The notes beneath the pieces were generated by a model. That model was given only the letters and a program-made list of their open reading frames with translations, searched no databases and was not told where the DNA came from. Both the position numbers and the translations under genes were made by a program. 64,000 nt of DNA, from contig NC_043010.1 of assembly GCF_006345805.1 (NCBI RefSeq), positions 33,232,001-33,296,000 on the forward strand, written 5' to 3'. Below, one piece after another: positions 28,223 to 40,680 of this stretch. The stretch is from Octopus sinensis (Eukaryota). Positions within the stretch are counted from its first letter, which is position 1. Each line of letters opens with the position of its first letter.

Positions 28223-29020
28223 GTAAAGTATTCTACTGTTTAACTATTTTCTTTTATAATCTTTAACTAATTGTGAAGATAGACTCAGCAGATACCATAT
28301 TATGCTAAAGAAGATTAATTTTGATTGAATATACTTTGAGAAGAGTAAATACTGTAAAAGATATAACATGAATCTTGATTGTAGGGCCTAAATTATCCTA
28401 AAAACTTTAGAGTAACATGTAACATGCAGTGTTGCATATTTACTCCAAAAGTACATCTATTTTAATCTAGTCAGTAGCTGACTTTCATTTTTGTGGTCCT
28501 AAAGTTTGAACTATTACATCCCACACCTTCCACTCTTGTAGGATAATTATAGAATACCTTTCAGCAAGATGTGAAAGGCCCTACTACCCATGCAAGGACT
28601 TTGAAGCCCAAAGGATGGAAAATGTGAAATCTATGGAAAAAAGGGCCATGCAGTGAGCCTCTTTCTCCCAGTAACATGCACTGAGTGATCACTGTTACCT
28701 TTTTCGATATGCTTGTTCCATGACAGATTACTAGAAATTTTTAAATAAAATTTAACCAGCACATCTCAGCTTTTGGTTTAAATTGCTATACTGTGTTACT
28801 TCTCATATAGTTTTTAAGATATGGAAGGATGAAAATTAGGCATTATTTATGCTTGATGATATGTAGATTAATGAAATAAAACATAGCAAAGACTAGAGTT
28901 AATATAATCTTTCATTTTAAACACCTGTGAGAATACATATTACATGAACCACATTTCACAAACTGCTCTTTTTTCTGCAATTTATTCATGTAAACTTAAC
29001 TTTTATCATATTAAGAGTTT

Positions 29021-29305
29021 CCTTGCAATGTCATTCTTTACAGACTGTTTGGATAAAGAATGTAAGCGCTCTTCAGTAATAGTAGAGTGAAATTTGTTCT
29101 TTATAAAGACTATCTTTGAGGAATTATTTTCTGCTTCGCAGCTCATGATAGACATTGTCAAGTACCTTGTATGTCATTCTTTACAGACTATATGGATAAA
29201 GAATTTAAGTGCTCTTCAGTAATAATAGAGTGAAATTTGTTCTTTATAAAGACTATCTTTGAGGAATTATTTTCTGCTTCACAGCTCATGATAGACATTG
29301 ACATG
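29021..29305. repeat. Tandem duplication of a ~143-bp unit in an MRPL9 intron
   Basis: ATGTCATTCTTTACAGACT...CAGCTCATGATAGACATTG occurs twice with few substitutions. Confidence 0.9.
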
Positions 29306-29752
29306 TACATTGTATGTCCTTGTAGATGAACACAGCCAAGTGTATGCACATATTTATCTAAAGTATCTCAGATCAAGAATCTTTTGAACATCTTACAAAT
29401 TTTTGCTGTGCCATTAACAGATTGGATTTTTTTTGTGCAGATCCCTAGATACATAGCCTAATGCACTTATGATGATATGTAAAAATGAAAATTTATAGCC
29501 TAGATTCAAGAGCTATATATTTTGCATTAGTTTATCATAAATCTTACCTTTCACCAGAACGTTTGAGGCCACATTCACATCTACATGCCTCGTGTAATCC
29601 CTTTATGTATGAAAAGGAATAAACCCTGTATTTCAACAATTAGTCCAAATAATAGATATACTATCTAGCATATTCATTAGGTCAATTAATACAATTACAG
29701 TAATATTGTTTGTTCTCTTATTTTCCTTTTAATTCTCTTTCTGTTTCTGAAG

Positions 29753-29833
29753 GGTGTTGAAGTAGCTGAAGAAGTCATCACTCTGCCTGATAAAATAATT
29801 ACAGAACCTGAGGAAATAGATATACAATTGAAA
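29753..29833 (+). CDS. MRPL9: MRPL9 internal exon
   Basis: Pyrimidine tract, gaag|...|gtaagc; GVEVAEEVITLPDKIITEPEEIDIQLK (GV.V....I.LP...I). Confidence 0.85.
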
Positions 29834-30396
29834 GTAAGCTTGTGTTTTCAAGTTACTTCTAGAAGATCACCGACAATTTTATTGTTGTTATTTATATATC
29901 TTGTCTGTATTTCTCTACTGTTACTCTATCTCTACTAAAACAATAGTGAAAACTAAGTTTTACTCTCAATTTTGCCTTTTCTGTTTCATTACCTGTAATA
30001 CATGCATTGACTTCTTATACTAACTGGATGTATTAAAGCCAATGATGGAGACTCTTCATGATCACCCAGTATGCCAGAAATAGTAAAACCTTTCTCAAAT
30101 CTTACCTTATCATCTAAAAAATTGAAGAAGGCTACATTGGATAATGAAGTCCTAGATGCTCTATGCTTGAAGAGAATAATGATCATGACTGGAATACCAT
30201 TAATTATAGGTCTGGCCTAGGGCTAAACAATAACTGGATGCATTGTCAGAGACTTGAATTGGCTTAATATTAAGCCAGTTGTTGAACCAAACATGCTGTT
30301 TAAAGAAATGCATGTACTTTTATTTCACACACACACACACACACACACAAGTACACACCAGATACCTGTGACTATATTTACTTCTTTACATTTCAG

Positions 30397-30534
30397 ATGA
30401 ATGGTAAAGAAGAGGTGACGGTGAAATGCCTCATTATTTTGAAACATAAAGATCCTTCGAAAGACGTTATTCCTACCAACTTACCAACCACGTTAAAAAG
30501 ACAAAAGGAGCACAGACAAATAAGGAATGATTAA
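30397..30534 (+). CDS. MRPL9: MRPL9 terminal coding exon
   Basis: tttcag|MNGKEEVTVKCLIILKHKDPSKDVIPTNLPTTLKRQKEHRQIRND*; phase 0 with the previous exon. Confidence 0.82.
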   Translation: MNGKEEVTVKCLIILKHKDPSKDVIPTNLPTTLKRQKEHRQIRND

Positions 30535-30544
30535 AGTTGCTATA

Positions 30545-31317
30545 TCTCTTATTATAAAAGGCAGATTTTATCTGCCTCCCTTTGTCAGTTATAGAAATCT
30601 ACAATATAGGATTTCTTCAATTACAATTTACCTAGCATTTTAAGAGTAGAATGCATCGGGTCATGCCAGGTCCAGTTTTTAAAATTTAAACTCCAATTAA
30701 GCAAAATTTACAGAAAACTCACATTCTGGTGTGTATGTCAAATGCTTTTCTTAATGTGGTTTACACCACACGCACACGCACACACACAGTGTGCAACGAA
30801 TAAACTGAAAGTAATTCACTGTGTGTGTGTTGACAGGTAGACAATAGAATGCGATGGCGATGGCGATGGCGATGTAATATTTGTTTCTGTCTATCACGCT
30901 GATAGATACATGAGTAAAATGTATGGCAAGCTAAGAGATAAGAGTGAGTGAAAATGTTCTTGGAAGAGAGTAAATAGCGACAGAGTGATTTGAGGAAGAC
31001 TAAACTGAAAGTATTTCTATAAAACGGATCACTCATGCTATCAACATAATTTCTCCCACTTTCTCTTTGCAAGTGTACCTTAAACCACTACTCAAAAAAT
31101 AAAAAAAAAACACAGCAAACAGAAACAAATAAATACATAACGATTTACTCCTCACACAATTTCTTCAATTAGAGTTTACCTAAGATTTTTCAAAGTACTC
31201 CATTCGGTCATGCCATAACAAATTTCTTTCAATTTCACCCCCAATTAAGACAAAATTCGAGAAAACTCAATATTTTAACATTTCACTCCGAAAGCATTGA
31301 TGTACATGTGTGCGTGC

Positions 31318-31400
<83 letters not shown>

Positions 31401-32872
31401 ATGGGTTGTGCGACACAGAAAGTGTCGTGTGTAAGTGAAGTGCTTTTGTTAGTGTGTGTAAAGAGACAGAGAGAGTGAAAGACAGAAATAACTGAACTTT
31501 TTTTATTCACTTTTTGTAGTGAGTGACTGAGAGAGAAAAGAGAGAGAGAGAGGTTATGTATGTATATATGTATGTATGGCTTCAGTGACACACACACACA
31601 AAAACACATACCTACGTACACCTAAAGCACGCACACACACACACACACACAAGCGGAGCGCGAACTTCAAAATTTTGGTAGTATTGATTTGCGAGCGTAC
31701 TTCTAAGCGCGCGTAATTGAAAGTTTTCACTATGATATCATCACGTGCGAAAAAATTCGAAGGGTTTTGAACAATTGAGATACAGATGTCACGCCTGTAT
31801 TGAAACCATTGCTAAGCTGCCGTAATTGCTTAATTAAGACTTTGTTTAAATTGAAAGGGGCAAATATGTGACGAGGTTGAAAAAAAATACCCCAGAAAAA
31901 AAATGTACTGCTGGTATTTATATAATTCACTACTATTTTGCTACAATGTCATGAAAAAGAAAAAATTTAGGTATGTACAACATATATTATACATTTTTTC
32001 TATTCATTCAACGAAAATAAAAAAATCGAATTCGCCACCCCCTTTTCCCCGTTCGCGTTTGTGTAAAAAAAATTATTATTTAAGTTTTAAAAATTATTTA
32101 CTTTGTTCAAAAAATATTAATATTAATTAATTTTCAAGAATTATTTAATTTTATTCTGTAAAATAGTAATTAATTCATTTATCTGTAAATCCGCGAGGTT
32201 GTTACTCAGGCACCTAGAAATAGCAGCCAGATTTTTATATTCTAAATAATTTGCAATTTCAAAAAATATATTAATTTTGCGTTATTTAATTTGATAAATT
32301 GTACGGAATAATTTTGCGCGTTATATACGTTCGCGTTTCTGTAAAAAAAAGTAATTATTTAAGGGCGATCGAGTATCGAGTACCTACGTCTGGCTCGCAC
32401 GCGCGAATCCGCGTGTGCGCAACCGGGACCACTCTGCGATACAAGTACCCATATATACATCCATACATACATGTGTGTGTGTGTCTATGTATGTGTATTA
32501 ATGTGTGTGTGTTATCTCTATATAAAGCTAAAGTTGTCTGTGTGCGCCACGTTTGGTAACCTTCAACTAACACTATCTCCTCCGAGACCCTGCGGCGCAA
32601 GTCGACCAAAATTGAGAGTATGATAGAAGAAGGGTTGCTCTTCCTTCCGTAGAACATAAAATTCAAATCGGACCATGTTAACACCAAAAATTATTTACAT
32701 CAAAAAGATGCTTTTTTCTATGAAAATCCCTATTTTTTACGATTTTTTCACTGCTGTGTCGCCACTTTTCGGTGTATTTCGACCAGAAAAATGTTCACAA
32801 AATTTTTACTCTTCAAAATTACAATTCCAGCGGGTCGAAACAAACCCGAGCAACGCCGGGCGATACTGCTAG
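30545..32872 (+). mobile_element. Composite non-autonomous Helitron in the MRPL9 3' UTR
   Basis: A|TCTCTTATTATAAAAGGCAG 5' end with GGCAGAT-TTT-ATCTGCC hairpin; 3' CCCGAGCAACGCCGGG hairpin then CTAG|T; second internal 5' end (ATCTCTATATAAAGCTAAAGTTGTCTG) near 32515. Confidence 0.85.
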
Positions 32873-34929
32873 TATTTGCTAATTAGAAAGTTTTTTTATA
32901 TTTGTTTTTAAATTAAATCATTTTAAAAAGTACCATTGTAGTTTCTTGTTTTTTAATATTTCTTTAAATTTTGCTTTTGTTTTGTTTTTGTTATAAAGTA
33001 CCCTTGTTTGTTTTTTAATACTTTCAGATGTGCCTATCTAAGGTCAATCAATTTTCATAGAGGTTTTATAACATTGCTGCTATATGCCATGGACATATTG
33101 CATAACATTTTATTTGTGAGTGTATATAATGTGTTCATCTGTAACTGATATATTTACCCTGTTTGCTCTTTTCCCTCTTCTTTGTTCTCATTAGAGACTA
33201 GCAAAAAATTCAATATCTCTAACTGTAGTGAAGGTATCTTTCTCCCTACCCACCCTGAAACTAAAAAGCAGGACGCAGGAAGTGTCCTTCACAAGGAAGT
33301 AGATTGGGAAAATCGTTAGACTCTTGGGCCAGAATGCTTCACAGTATTTGTTCTGACTCTCTGCACTCTCAGTCCAAATCCCTCCCTGGTAAACTTTGCC
33401 ATTCATGTTTTCAGGGTTAATAATGGTAGATTGGCAGAACTTGGATCAAGTAGGACATCTGGCAGTATCTGTTCTGGCACTTTGTGGAACAGATACAGAC
33501 TGGTCTTTCTATTGGATAAATATTAATGGTGTGAATAGGGTAACTGCTATCTTTAAGAAAGCTTGCCTTATTTTAAAAATGCATGTGCAGATGTATATTC
33601 AACATAGACTAACCAAGACCCTATCAACCTCCACAGTTTAGCTGTCGATACAAATATTGCTAAGAACTTTCTAGCTCATGTAAAATATTTTTCAGCCTCA
33701 CACAAATACCACAAAATTTTCAATGCTTACAATATTAATTTAGCTATTCTTACCTAGATAACACATACTTTCAACAGTACTGAAATATTTGTTTAATAAC
33801 ATTTTATTTGTACTGTGAGTGTACACAATCTGTTCATCTGTAGATTGCCCTTTCCCCTCTTTTGCTCTCATTAGAGACCAGCAAGAAATTTGATATCTCT
33901 AACCAAAGTGAAGGCACCTGTCTTGAAGAAACTCATCAGTATAAAAGAATTTCCCTCTTGTTTAATAGATATAGCAACTTGTGAAGAAGAGAATTAAAAG
34001 TGATACATGGTGGGCAGTCCCAAATACTAACTGTGACTATGTAATATTGTTTTTTCCTCACTGCTTACTTATTTCTAGTGAGCTTTTTTTAATAATCCTT
34101 GGAAGGGTTCACAAAATAAGAACATCTAGCTGTAAAACAAAGGATGAATAAGTAATTATTCAATCTATGCTAGCATGAAAAAATGGACATAGAATGAATG
34201 AACAAATTTATTTATTGCTTTTCAAGTAAAGGTTATTTCTGAAGCACTTATTCTCTAAATACTTCTGGTTTCTTACAATATACAATAATTTACTTACTGA
34301 AATATTTATCACTGTTTCAGCAATTATGGTGAAGATTTATGCTTCAATAATGAGGACAGAATTATATTGAAATATAGCTAGAGTTGACTCCCATGCCTGC
34401 TACAAGACTGACAACACTATTAGTTATTATTCTTCAAGACTAAAAACTTAATTTTTTGAGGTTGCTTACATTAAATATGTTAACACTAACTTATTGTTGC
34501 TGGCTTTTCATGCCGATGGTGCTAGCATAACTTGCAAGAAGTGTTTCGCACCCTGGATGATGCTTTTATGGAGCAGCATGGTGTTGCTAGAGTGTGTGCC
34601 ACAGAGGTAACTCTTGAGCTTGCCACTTACTGGGACAACAAGCCTACACAGGACGGATCTGTTCAGTTTCGCTCACAGATTAAAAAATTATTTTTTTTAA
34701 CTAAACAGTTTGAAACTTCGTATACTGGTGTAATTTCTCATGCTGAACACGGTTCACTTTCAACATTTTTGACAAAATTTCGTATCTTAGAAGTTATTTC
34801 GTGTTAAAGTTGTCCTATTTGTGTAATTTTAACCAATCAAAGAGGATATGAAAAAAGTAAACAATTACAACTAAGAACCATAAGAAGGTAGTAAAAATAT
34901 ATTTTTATTTCGAGATTTGGAAATTAACT

Positions 34930-35034
34930 AAATTTGGGACATTTAGCGTGTCCCTGAAAGATCAGTACGGGACAGGAGACAAAATTATCAAATATGGGCC
35001 ACATCCCTTATATAAGGGACGTCTGGCAACCCTA
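34930..35034. mobile_element. Terminus of a hAT-like DNA transposon
   Basis: Ends in CGTCTGGCAACCCTA (reverse complement TAGGGTTGCCAGACG) with subterminal GGGAC repeats; no partner TIR seen. Confidence 0.5.
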
Positions 35035-35339
35035 ACCTAATGTTATTTTGCACGCTATTGACTCATCACCAATAGCCACATTTGGTCAGATCTCTTTACG
35101 CCTTGACATAAATCTTCGTCGAGATTTTCAGTGGGTTTTTGTCATTGCTGACATTCCGCATCCTATTTTAGGAGCGGATTTTCTATATAACTTTGATTTA
35201 TTGGTAGATGTCAGACGTCGGAGGCTAGTCGACAGTTCAACTACACTCTCCACGCCGACCAGAGAATCTACCGATTCAGCTCTTAGCCCGACATTTATTG
35301 TTTCTACATCTGGAGATGTTTTTCATTCTCTTTTGGCTT

Positions 35340-35771
35340 TGTAGTGATGCTGCTGTGTATGGTTCAGCGCGCATGCGTAGAATGGGACTACTTCCGGGTG
35401 GCCACCGGAAGTCTTCCCCATGCGCATGTGCGGGAAACTGACCCCTAAAATACCGTCCACTCATTCAGTCTCTCTGGCCCTGATAGCCCTCGTGAACAGA
35501 CGCGCATTGGCAGTCTCTGAGAACTATGCACTGACTTAGCAGCGGACCACATCGAACCACTTCGACCAGCCAACAAGAAGCAGTACAACAGATTCGGCTG
35601 TCGGTCCCCCTCAGAAATACGTACACCAGATCTACACCATCACGAGTAATAAAACAACATTTGCTGTCTTTCCCAGATAACCTGACTTCGTCTGTTATAT
35701 TTAACTAAATTGAATGTGACGGGATCAGATCGGACACCCCTTCAGTGATATCGATTCCAGATCCTGTTACA
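35340..35771 (+). repeat. 5' LTR
   Basis: TGTAGTG...GTTACA; AATAAA near 35648; about 12 mismatches to the 3' LTR by manual count. Confidence 0.95.
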
Positions 35772-35773
35772 AT

Positions 35774-35785
35774 TGGTGACCCCGA
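35774..35785 (+). promoter_or_regulatory. Primer-binding site, tRNA-Trp
   Basis: TGGTGACCCCGA, 2 nt after the LTR, complementary to the eukaryotic tRNA-Trp 3' end UCGGGGUCACCA. Confidence 0.85.
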
Positions 35786-36158
35786 GTAAAAAAAAAAAAA
35801 GAACAGAAGACGCAGCGAACAGGTTTTGCCAGTTAGCACACTGAACACTCAGTTTCATTATCATTTTCTTTTCCTTTCAGGACAGCGAAGGTGCGTACAA
35901 ACAAAAGTTTTATCCATCGCACTCAGTACACTGAAAAAAAAAAAACACACACACACATTATTTTTTTTCTTTTCTGTAGCTTTTGTTTTTCCTTTGTGCA
36001 CACACACACCTATTTCTTTACTACCCACGAGGTGCACACACACATACACCAGTACACAAAACACGATTTTTTTTTGGTTTGCTTTGTCGGTTCCACGTGT
36101 TCTCCACTTCTCGTTCTTACCTTCTGCCCCTTTCTGACAGGCGATTTTTCGGACAAAC

Positions 36159-36908
36159 ATGGCTGCATCAGGTTTGCCTTCATTCACAGGGGATGCGGGT
36201 CTGTGGCTTGCCCATGTGGAGTCGCATTTTGCCGCACATGCCGTTCCTCCACAGCAGCAGTTGCATCTGCTATATTCGAGTTTGCCTTCCCGACTCGCCA
36301 CATCGGTCAGGGATCTCATAATGAGTCCCCACCCTGACGCCACATACGCGTCAGTAAAAGCCGAAATCCTCCGCCGCAACACGCGGTCGGAGGAGAGTCA
36401 ATTTAATGAGCTGATGGCCGACGAACAGTTGGGGGACAGGACTCCATCCCAGTTCCTGCACCACCTAAGGGAGCTAAGCGGGAACGCAGCAGACGCACCA
36501 CTCTTGCGGAAGATTTTCTTCTCCAGGTTGCCTGCCCACGTGCAGACAATGTTGGCCACGGCACTGGAGTCTGTGTCAGTAGACCAGATTGCCACGATGG
36601 CCGATAAAATATTAGAATTTTCGGGACCATCTCCATCGCGAGGCCTGTACGCATGTACAGAGCCCCCTCCGACATTTTCTCCGACGCAAAATTCTCTAGC
36701 CGAGAGGATCGATGCACTTACGCAGTGAATCAATGATCTGTGGCGTGCGATCGGGCGCCGACCTCGCAGTCGTAGTCGCAGTGGCTCTGTTTCTCGTAGT
36801 CGGAGTGACTCTGTTTCTCGTTCCGGCTGGTGCTGGTACCATTCCAAGTATGCCGAAAAGGCAGAACGGTGTACCCAGCCGTGCACTTTCCAGCCCTCGG
36901 GAAACTAA
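36159..36908 (+). pseudogene. gag: gag with a premature TGA at 36726-36728
   Basis: Frame continues past the stop: INDLWRAIGRRPRSRSRS...WCWYHSKYAEKAERCTQPCTFQPSGN*; LGDRTPSQ motif upstream. Confidence 0.9.
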
Positions 36909-39900
36909 ATCAGGAGGAGGTGAGCACGTCACCTTCTTCTTTCTCGTTTCCCAAAAATCGTGCGTTCTTTGTAAAAGATCTTGTGTCGAAGAAATTCTTC
37001 ATGGTGGACACTGGCTCTTGTTGCAGCATCTGGCCCCTTCGTCTGACTGCAGACAAGCCCAAGCGCTCTTCAATTGTCTTGCATGCCATTGACTCGTCTC
37101 CCATAACCACCTTCGGTCAGATTTCGCTGCGCCTCGACATCAACATTCGTCATCCCGCTGACATCCCGCATCCTATTCTCGGCGCTGATTTCTTGGATAG
37201 ATTTAATCTATTGGTGGATGTCAGGCGTCGGAGGCTTCTTAACAGCACGACGTCGCTCTCGACGCCGACTGGGAGTTCCACCAATGCGGTCCTTAGCCCG
37301 ACATTCTTTGTTGCCACCTCTGGAGACGTTTTTCACTCTCTTTTGGCTTCATTTCCGGAGCTATTGGATATTGCCTTTCAACCGGAAAAGCCTACCCACT
37401 CGACCCTTCATTTTATCACCACCACTGGGCCGCCTGTTTTTTCGCGCCCACGGCGCCTTGCGCCTGACCGTCTAAAGACGGCTAGGGCCGAGTTTGAGCA
37501 CATGCTTCAACTTGGCCTTATACGCCCCTCCACCAGCCCATGGGCGTCTCCCCTTCATTTGGCGCGAAAGGGCGAGTCTGATTTTCGCCCGGTAGGAGAC
37601 TATCGACGCCTCAATGCCGTAACAATAGCCGACAGGTATCCAATCAGAATTATACAGGACTTTACGGCAAATCTCCATGGTTGTACCATTTTTTCGAAGG
37701 TCGACCTTATACGCGCGTACCATCAAATACCGGTCAACCCAGCCGACGTTCCGAAAACTACGATCACTACCCCTTTTGGGTGTTTTGAGTTTTTGTATAT
37801 GAGTTTCGGTTTGCGGAATGCTACCAGCACTTTCCAGCGTTTCATTGATGAGGTTGTCCGCGGTATTTATTTTGTGTTTGCCAATGTCGATGATATACAC
37901 ATTGCGAGCGACACACGTGAAAATCATCTCCAGCACCTTTCTCAGTTTTTTCAGCGTCTTCGCGCTTATAGTATACGTATAAATCCCGACAAGTGTGTTT
38001 TCGGACGCTCTTCTCTAGATTTTCTAGGCCATCATATTGATTCGAGTGGAATCAGCCCTCTGTCGTCAAAGGTCGATGCCATTCAACGCATCGCACCTCC
38101 CACTTCCTTGCGCCAGCTCAGGCATTATCTAGGGATGATCAATTTCTACAGACGTTTTATTCCCGGTTGTGCAGATAAGCTACTTCCTCTCACCAGGCTA
38201 TTAAAGGACACTCCTAGAAAGGACGGTCAAGTCACCCTCTCTGTTGAGGCAGTGACAGCCTTTGAGTCCATTAAGAAGGAGCTGGCTTCTGTTTCTTTGC
38301 TTGCACATCCGGTTCCTGGTGCTTCTCTCTCTTTGACTGTAGACGCATCGGACACTGCGATTGGCGCTGTGTTACAACACACAGTGGATGATCATATTCG
38401 ACCTCTGGCTTTCATTTCCCGTCAACTGCAACCAGCTGAACGACGATACAGCACCTTTGATCGTAAGCTCCTAGCGATCTATCTATCGGTTCGTCATTTC
38501 CAGCATCAACTTGAAGGGCGAGATTTTGTGATCTATACGGATCACAAGCCCCTTACGTTTGCCCTGTGTTCAAAAACGGACAAACTCTCACCTCGTGCTT
38601 TCCGGCACCTGGATTTTATCTCTCAATTTACTAGTAACATTCGACACATACCTGGAAAAGAGAACGTTCCTGCTGACGCTCTCTCTCGCCTTCTAGTCTG
38701 CACCCTTTCGTCTCCTGCTGCTATCGACTTAAGTGCCATCTCGCAGGAGTAGCCACCTTTGGCGTCGTTAGACTTAACTTCGCCCAGGTTCTCCTGTTGC
38801 CAGTTTTCCCACCCTCCGCTTCCGTCAGCCGAAGGCACCATTCTCGGTGATACTTCCACTGGTTCTCCCAGGCCACTCGTGCCTGAGAATCATCAACGCT
38901 CAGTGTTTGAAGCACTGCACTCCTTATCACATCCTGGCATCGCTGCCACCCTTAAGCTGATCACTGCTCGGTTTTTCTGGCCGAATATGCGTCGCACTAT
39001 TACTTCTTGGACACGCACCTGCTCCAAGTGTCAACGGTCCAAGATTCAACGGCACGTTCGTGCCCCGCTTGGACATTTTCCCCCCTACGGAGGCCCGTTT
39101 TCGCCATGTCCACATCGATCTGGTTGGACCATGGCCTGTGAGTCGCGGGTTTTCTTATCTGTTAACTTGTGTCGATCGTTTCTCCCGCTGGACAGAAGCC
39201 ATTCCGATAGCAGACATTTCTACTGAGACTGTTGCGCGAGCCTTCGTTTCGAACCGGATTTCCCGTTTCGGAGTTCCGTCCAGATTGACTACAGATTGTG
39301 GACGTCAGTTTGAAGCTTCGCTATTTCGCGAATTGTCGCGCATTTTAGGTGTGCATCATATCCACACTACCAGCTATCATCCAGCGTCTAATGGATTAGT
39401 TGAACGGTTCCATAGACAGCTTAAGGCCGCTCTTCGTGCCTCTTCAGATCCACAGTCCTGGATTGAATTTCTGCCAATTGTGCTTCTCGGTTGTCGCACT
39501 GCTGTCAAGGCAGACCTGGGATTTTCTTCTGCAGAGCTACTGTATGGTACCACTCTGGCATTGCCTGGTACGATGTTGGTGCCAGACACTTCCCAGCCCC
39601 ATGATCCGGCGACCTATGTCGCCAGACTGCGTTCCTATTTTTCGAATCTTCCACCCATGGTTCCCAGGAAACAATCTCCACCATCCCATCTCTCACCGGA
39701 TATGGACACTTGGTCGCATGTTTTTGTTCGGAACGACTCTGTCAAGGGACCACTTGTTTCTCCTTATAAAAGACCTTTCCGTGTGCTTTCTCGAACACCT
39801 AAGGTTTTCACCATTGAAATAAATGGTCATTCGGAGACTGTTTCCGTGGACCGACTGAAGAAAGCATACTTTGAGGCGTCTTCATCTTTTGATGACAACG

Positions 39901-40115
39901 TTGCCACACCCACCTATGCACCTTTAACAACACCTTCACCAGCGCCGACACCTTCACCTGCACAAACACATTCACCCGCACAGACACCTTTGCCTTCACC
40001 GGCTCCCACAACACCACCTTCGCCGTCAACGGTGCCCCGAGCACACCGTATGTTACAAGATCGGGCAGAACAGTGCATTGGCCAAAGAAACTCTCAAAGA
40101 CAATTTATATTTGAC
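36899..40115 (+). pseudogene. pol: pol (PR-RT-RNaseH-IN), disrupted
   Basis: VDTGS protease; RT with YXDD changed to NVDD; DAS/TDH RNase H; stop at 38750-38752; HHCC and DDE integrase with a frameshift near 39085. End approximate. Confidence 0.92.
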
Positions 40116-40248
40116 TTTCTTTCAAATTTCTTGTTTTTTGTAGTATATTGTGTACCAAATCTTCTAGGGGATCGGCAAGCCGTCTGTTTTTCTGCAGCAC
40201 CACTACAAATTTTCTTGTTTTCGTACTTCCGCACTCGAGGGGGAGCCA

Positions 40249-40680
40249 TGTAGTGATGCTGCTGTGTAAGGTTCAGCGCGCATGCGCAGAATGGGACTAC
40301 TTCCGGGTGGCCACCGGAAGTCTTCCCCATGCGCATGTGCGGGAAACTGACCCCTAAAACACCGTCCACTCACTCAGTCTCTCTGGCCCTGGCAGCCCTC
40401 GTGAACAGACGCGCATTGGCAGTCTCTGAGAACTACGCAGCGACTTAGCAGCGGACCACATCGAACCACTTCGACCAGCCAACAAGAAGCAGTACAACAG
40501 ATTCGGCTGTCGGTCCCCCTCAGAAATACGTACACCAGATCTACACCATCACGAGTAATAAAACAACATTTGCTGTCTTTCCCAGATAACCTGACTTCGT
40601 CGGTTATATTTAACTAAATTGAATGTGACGGGATCGGATCGGACACCCCTTCAGTGATACCGATTCCAGATCCTGTTACA
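40249..40680 (+). repeat. 3' LTR preceded by polypurine tract GAGGGGGAG
   Basis: Direct repeat of 35340-35771; followed by GCTT. Confidence 0.95.

Larger units (their letters stand above)
35340..40680 (+). mobile_element. Full-length Ty3/Gypsy LTR retrotransposon, CsRN1 clade
   Basis: 432-bp TG..CA LTRs, 4-bp TSD GCTT, PBS, PPT, gag with CX2HX9CX3C, pol order PR-RT-RH-IN. Confidence 0.96.

Noticed and set aside
35029-35040. Interstitial telomeric repeat (ACCCTAACCTAA)
   Set aside because: Under two units and overlaps the hAT-like terminus.
36726-36728. Programmed stop read-through in gag
   Set aside because: The stop precedes the zinc knuckle and the element has other lesions; a nonsense mutation is simpler.
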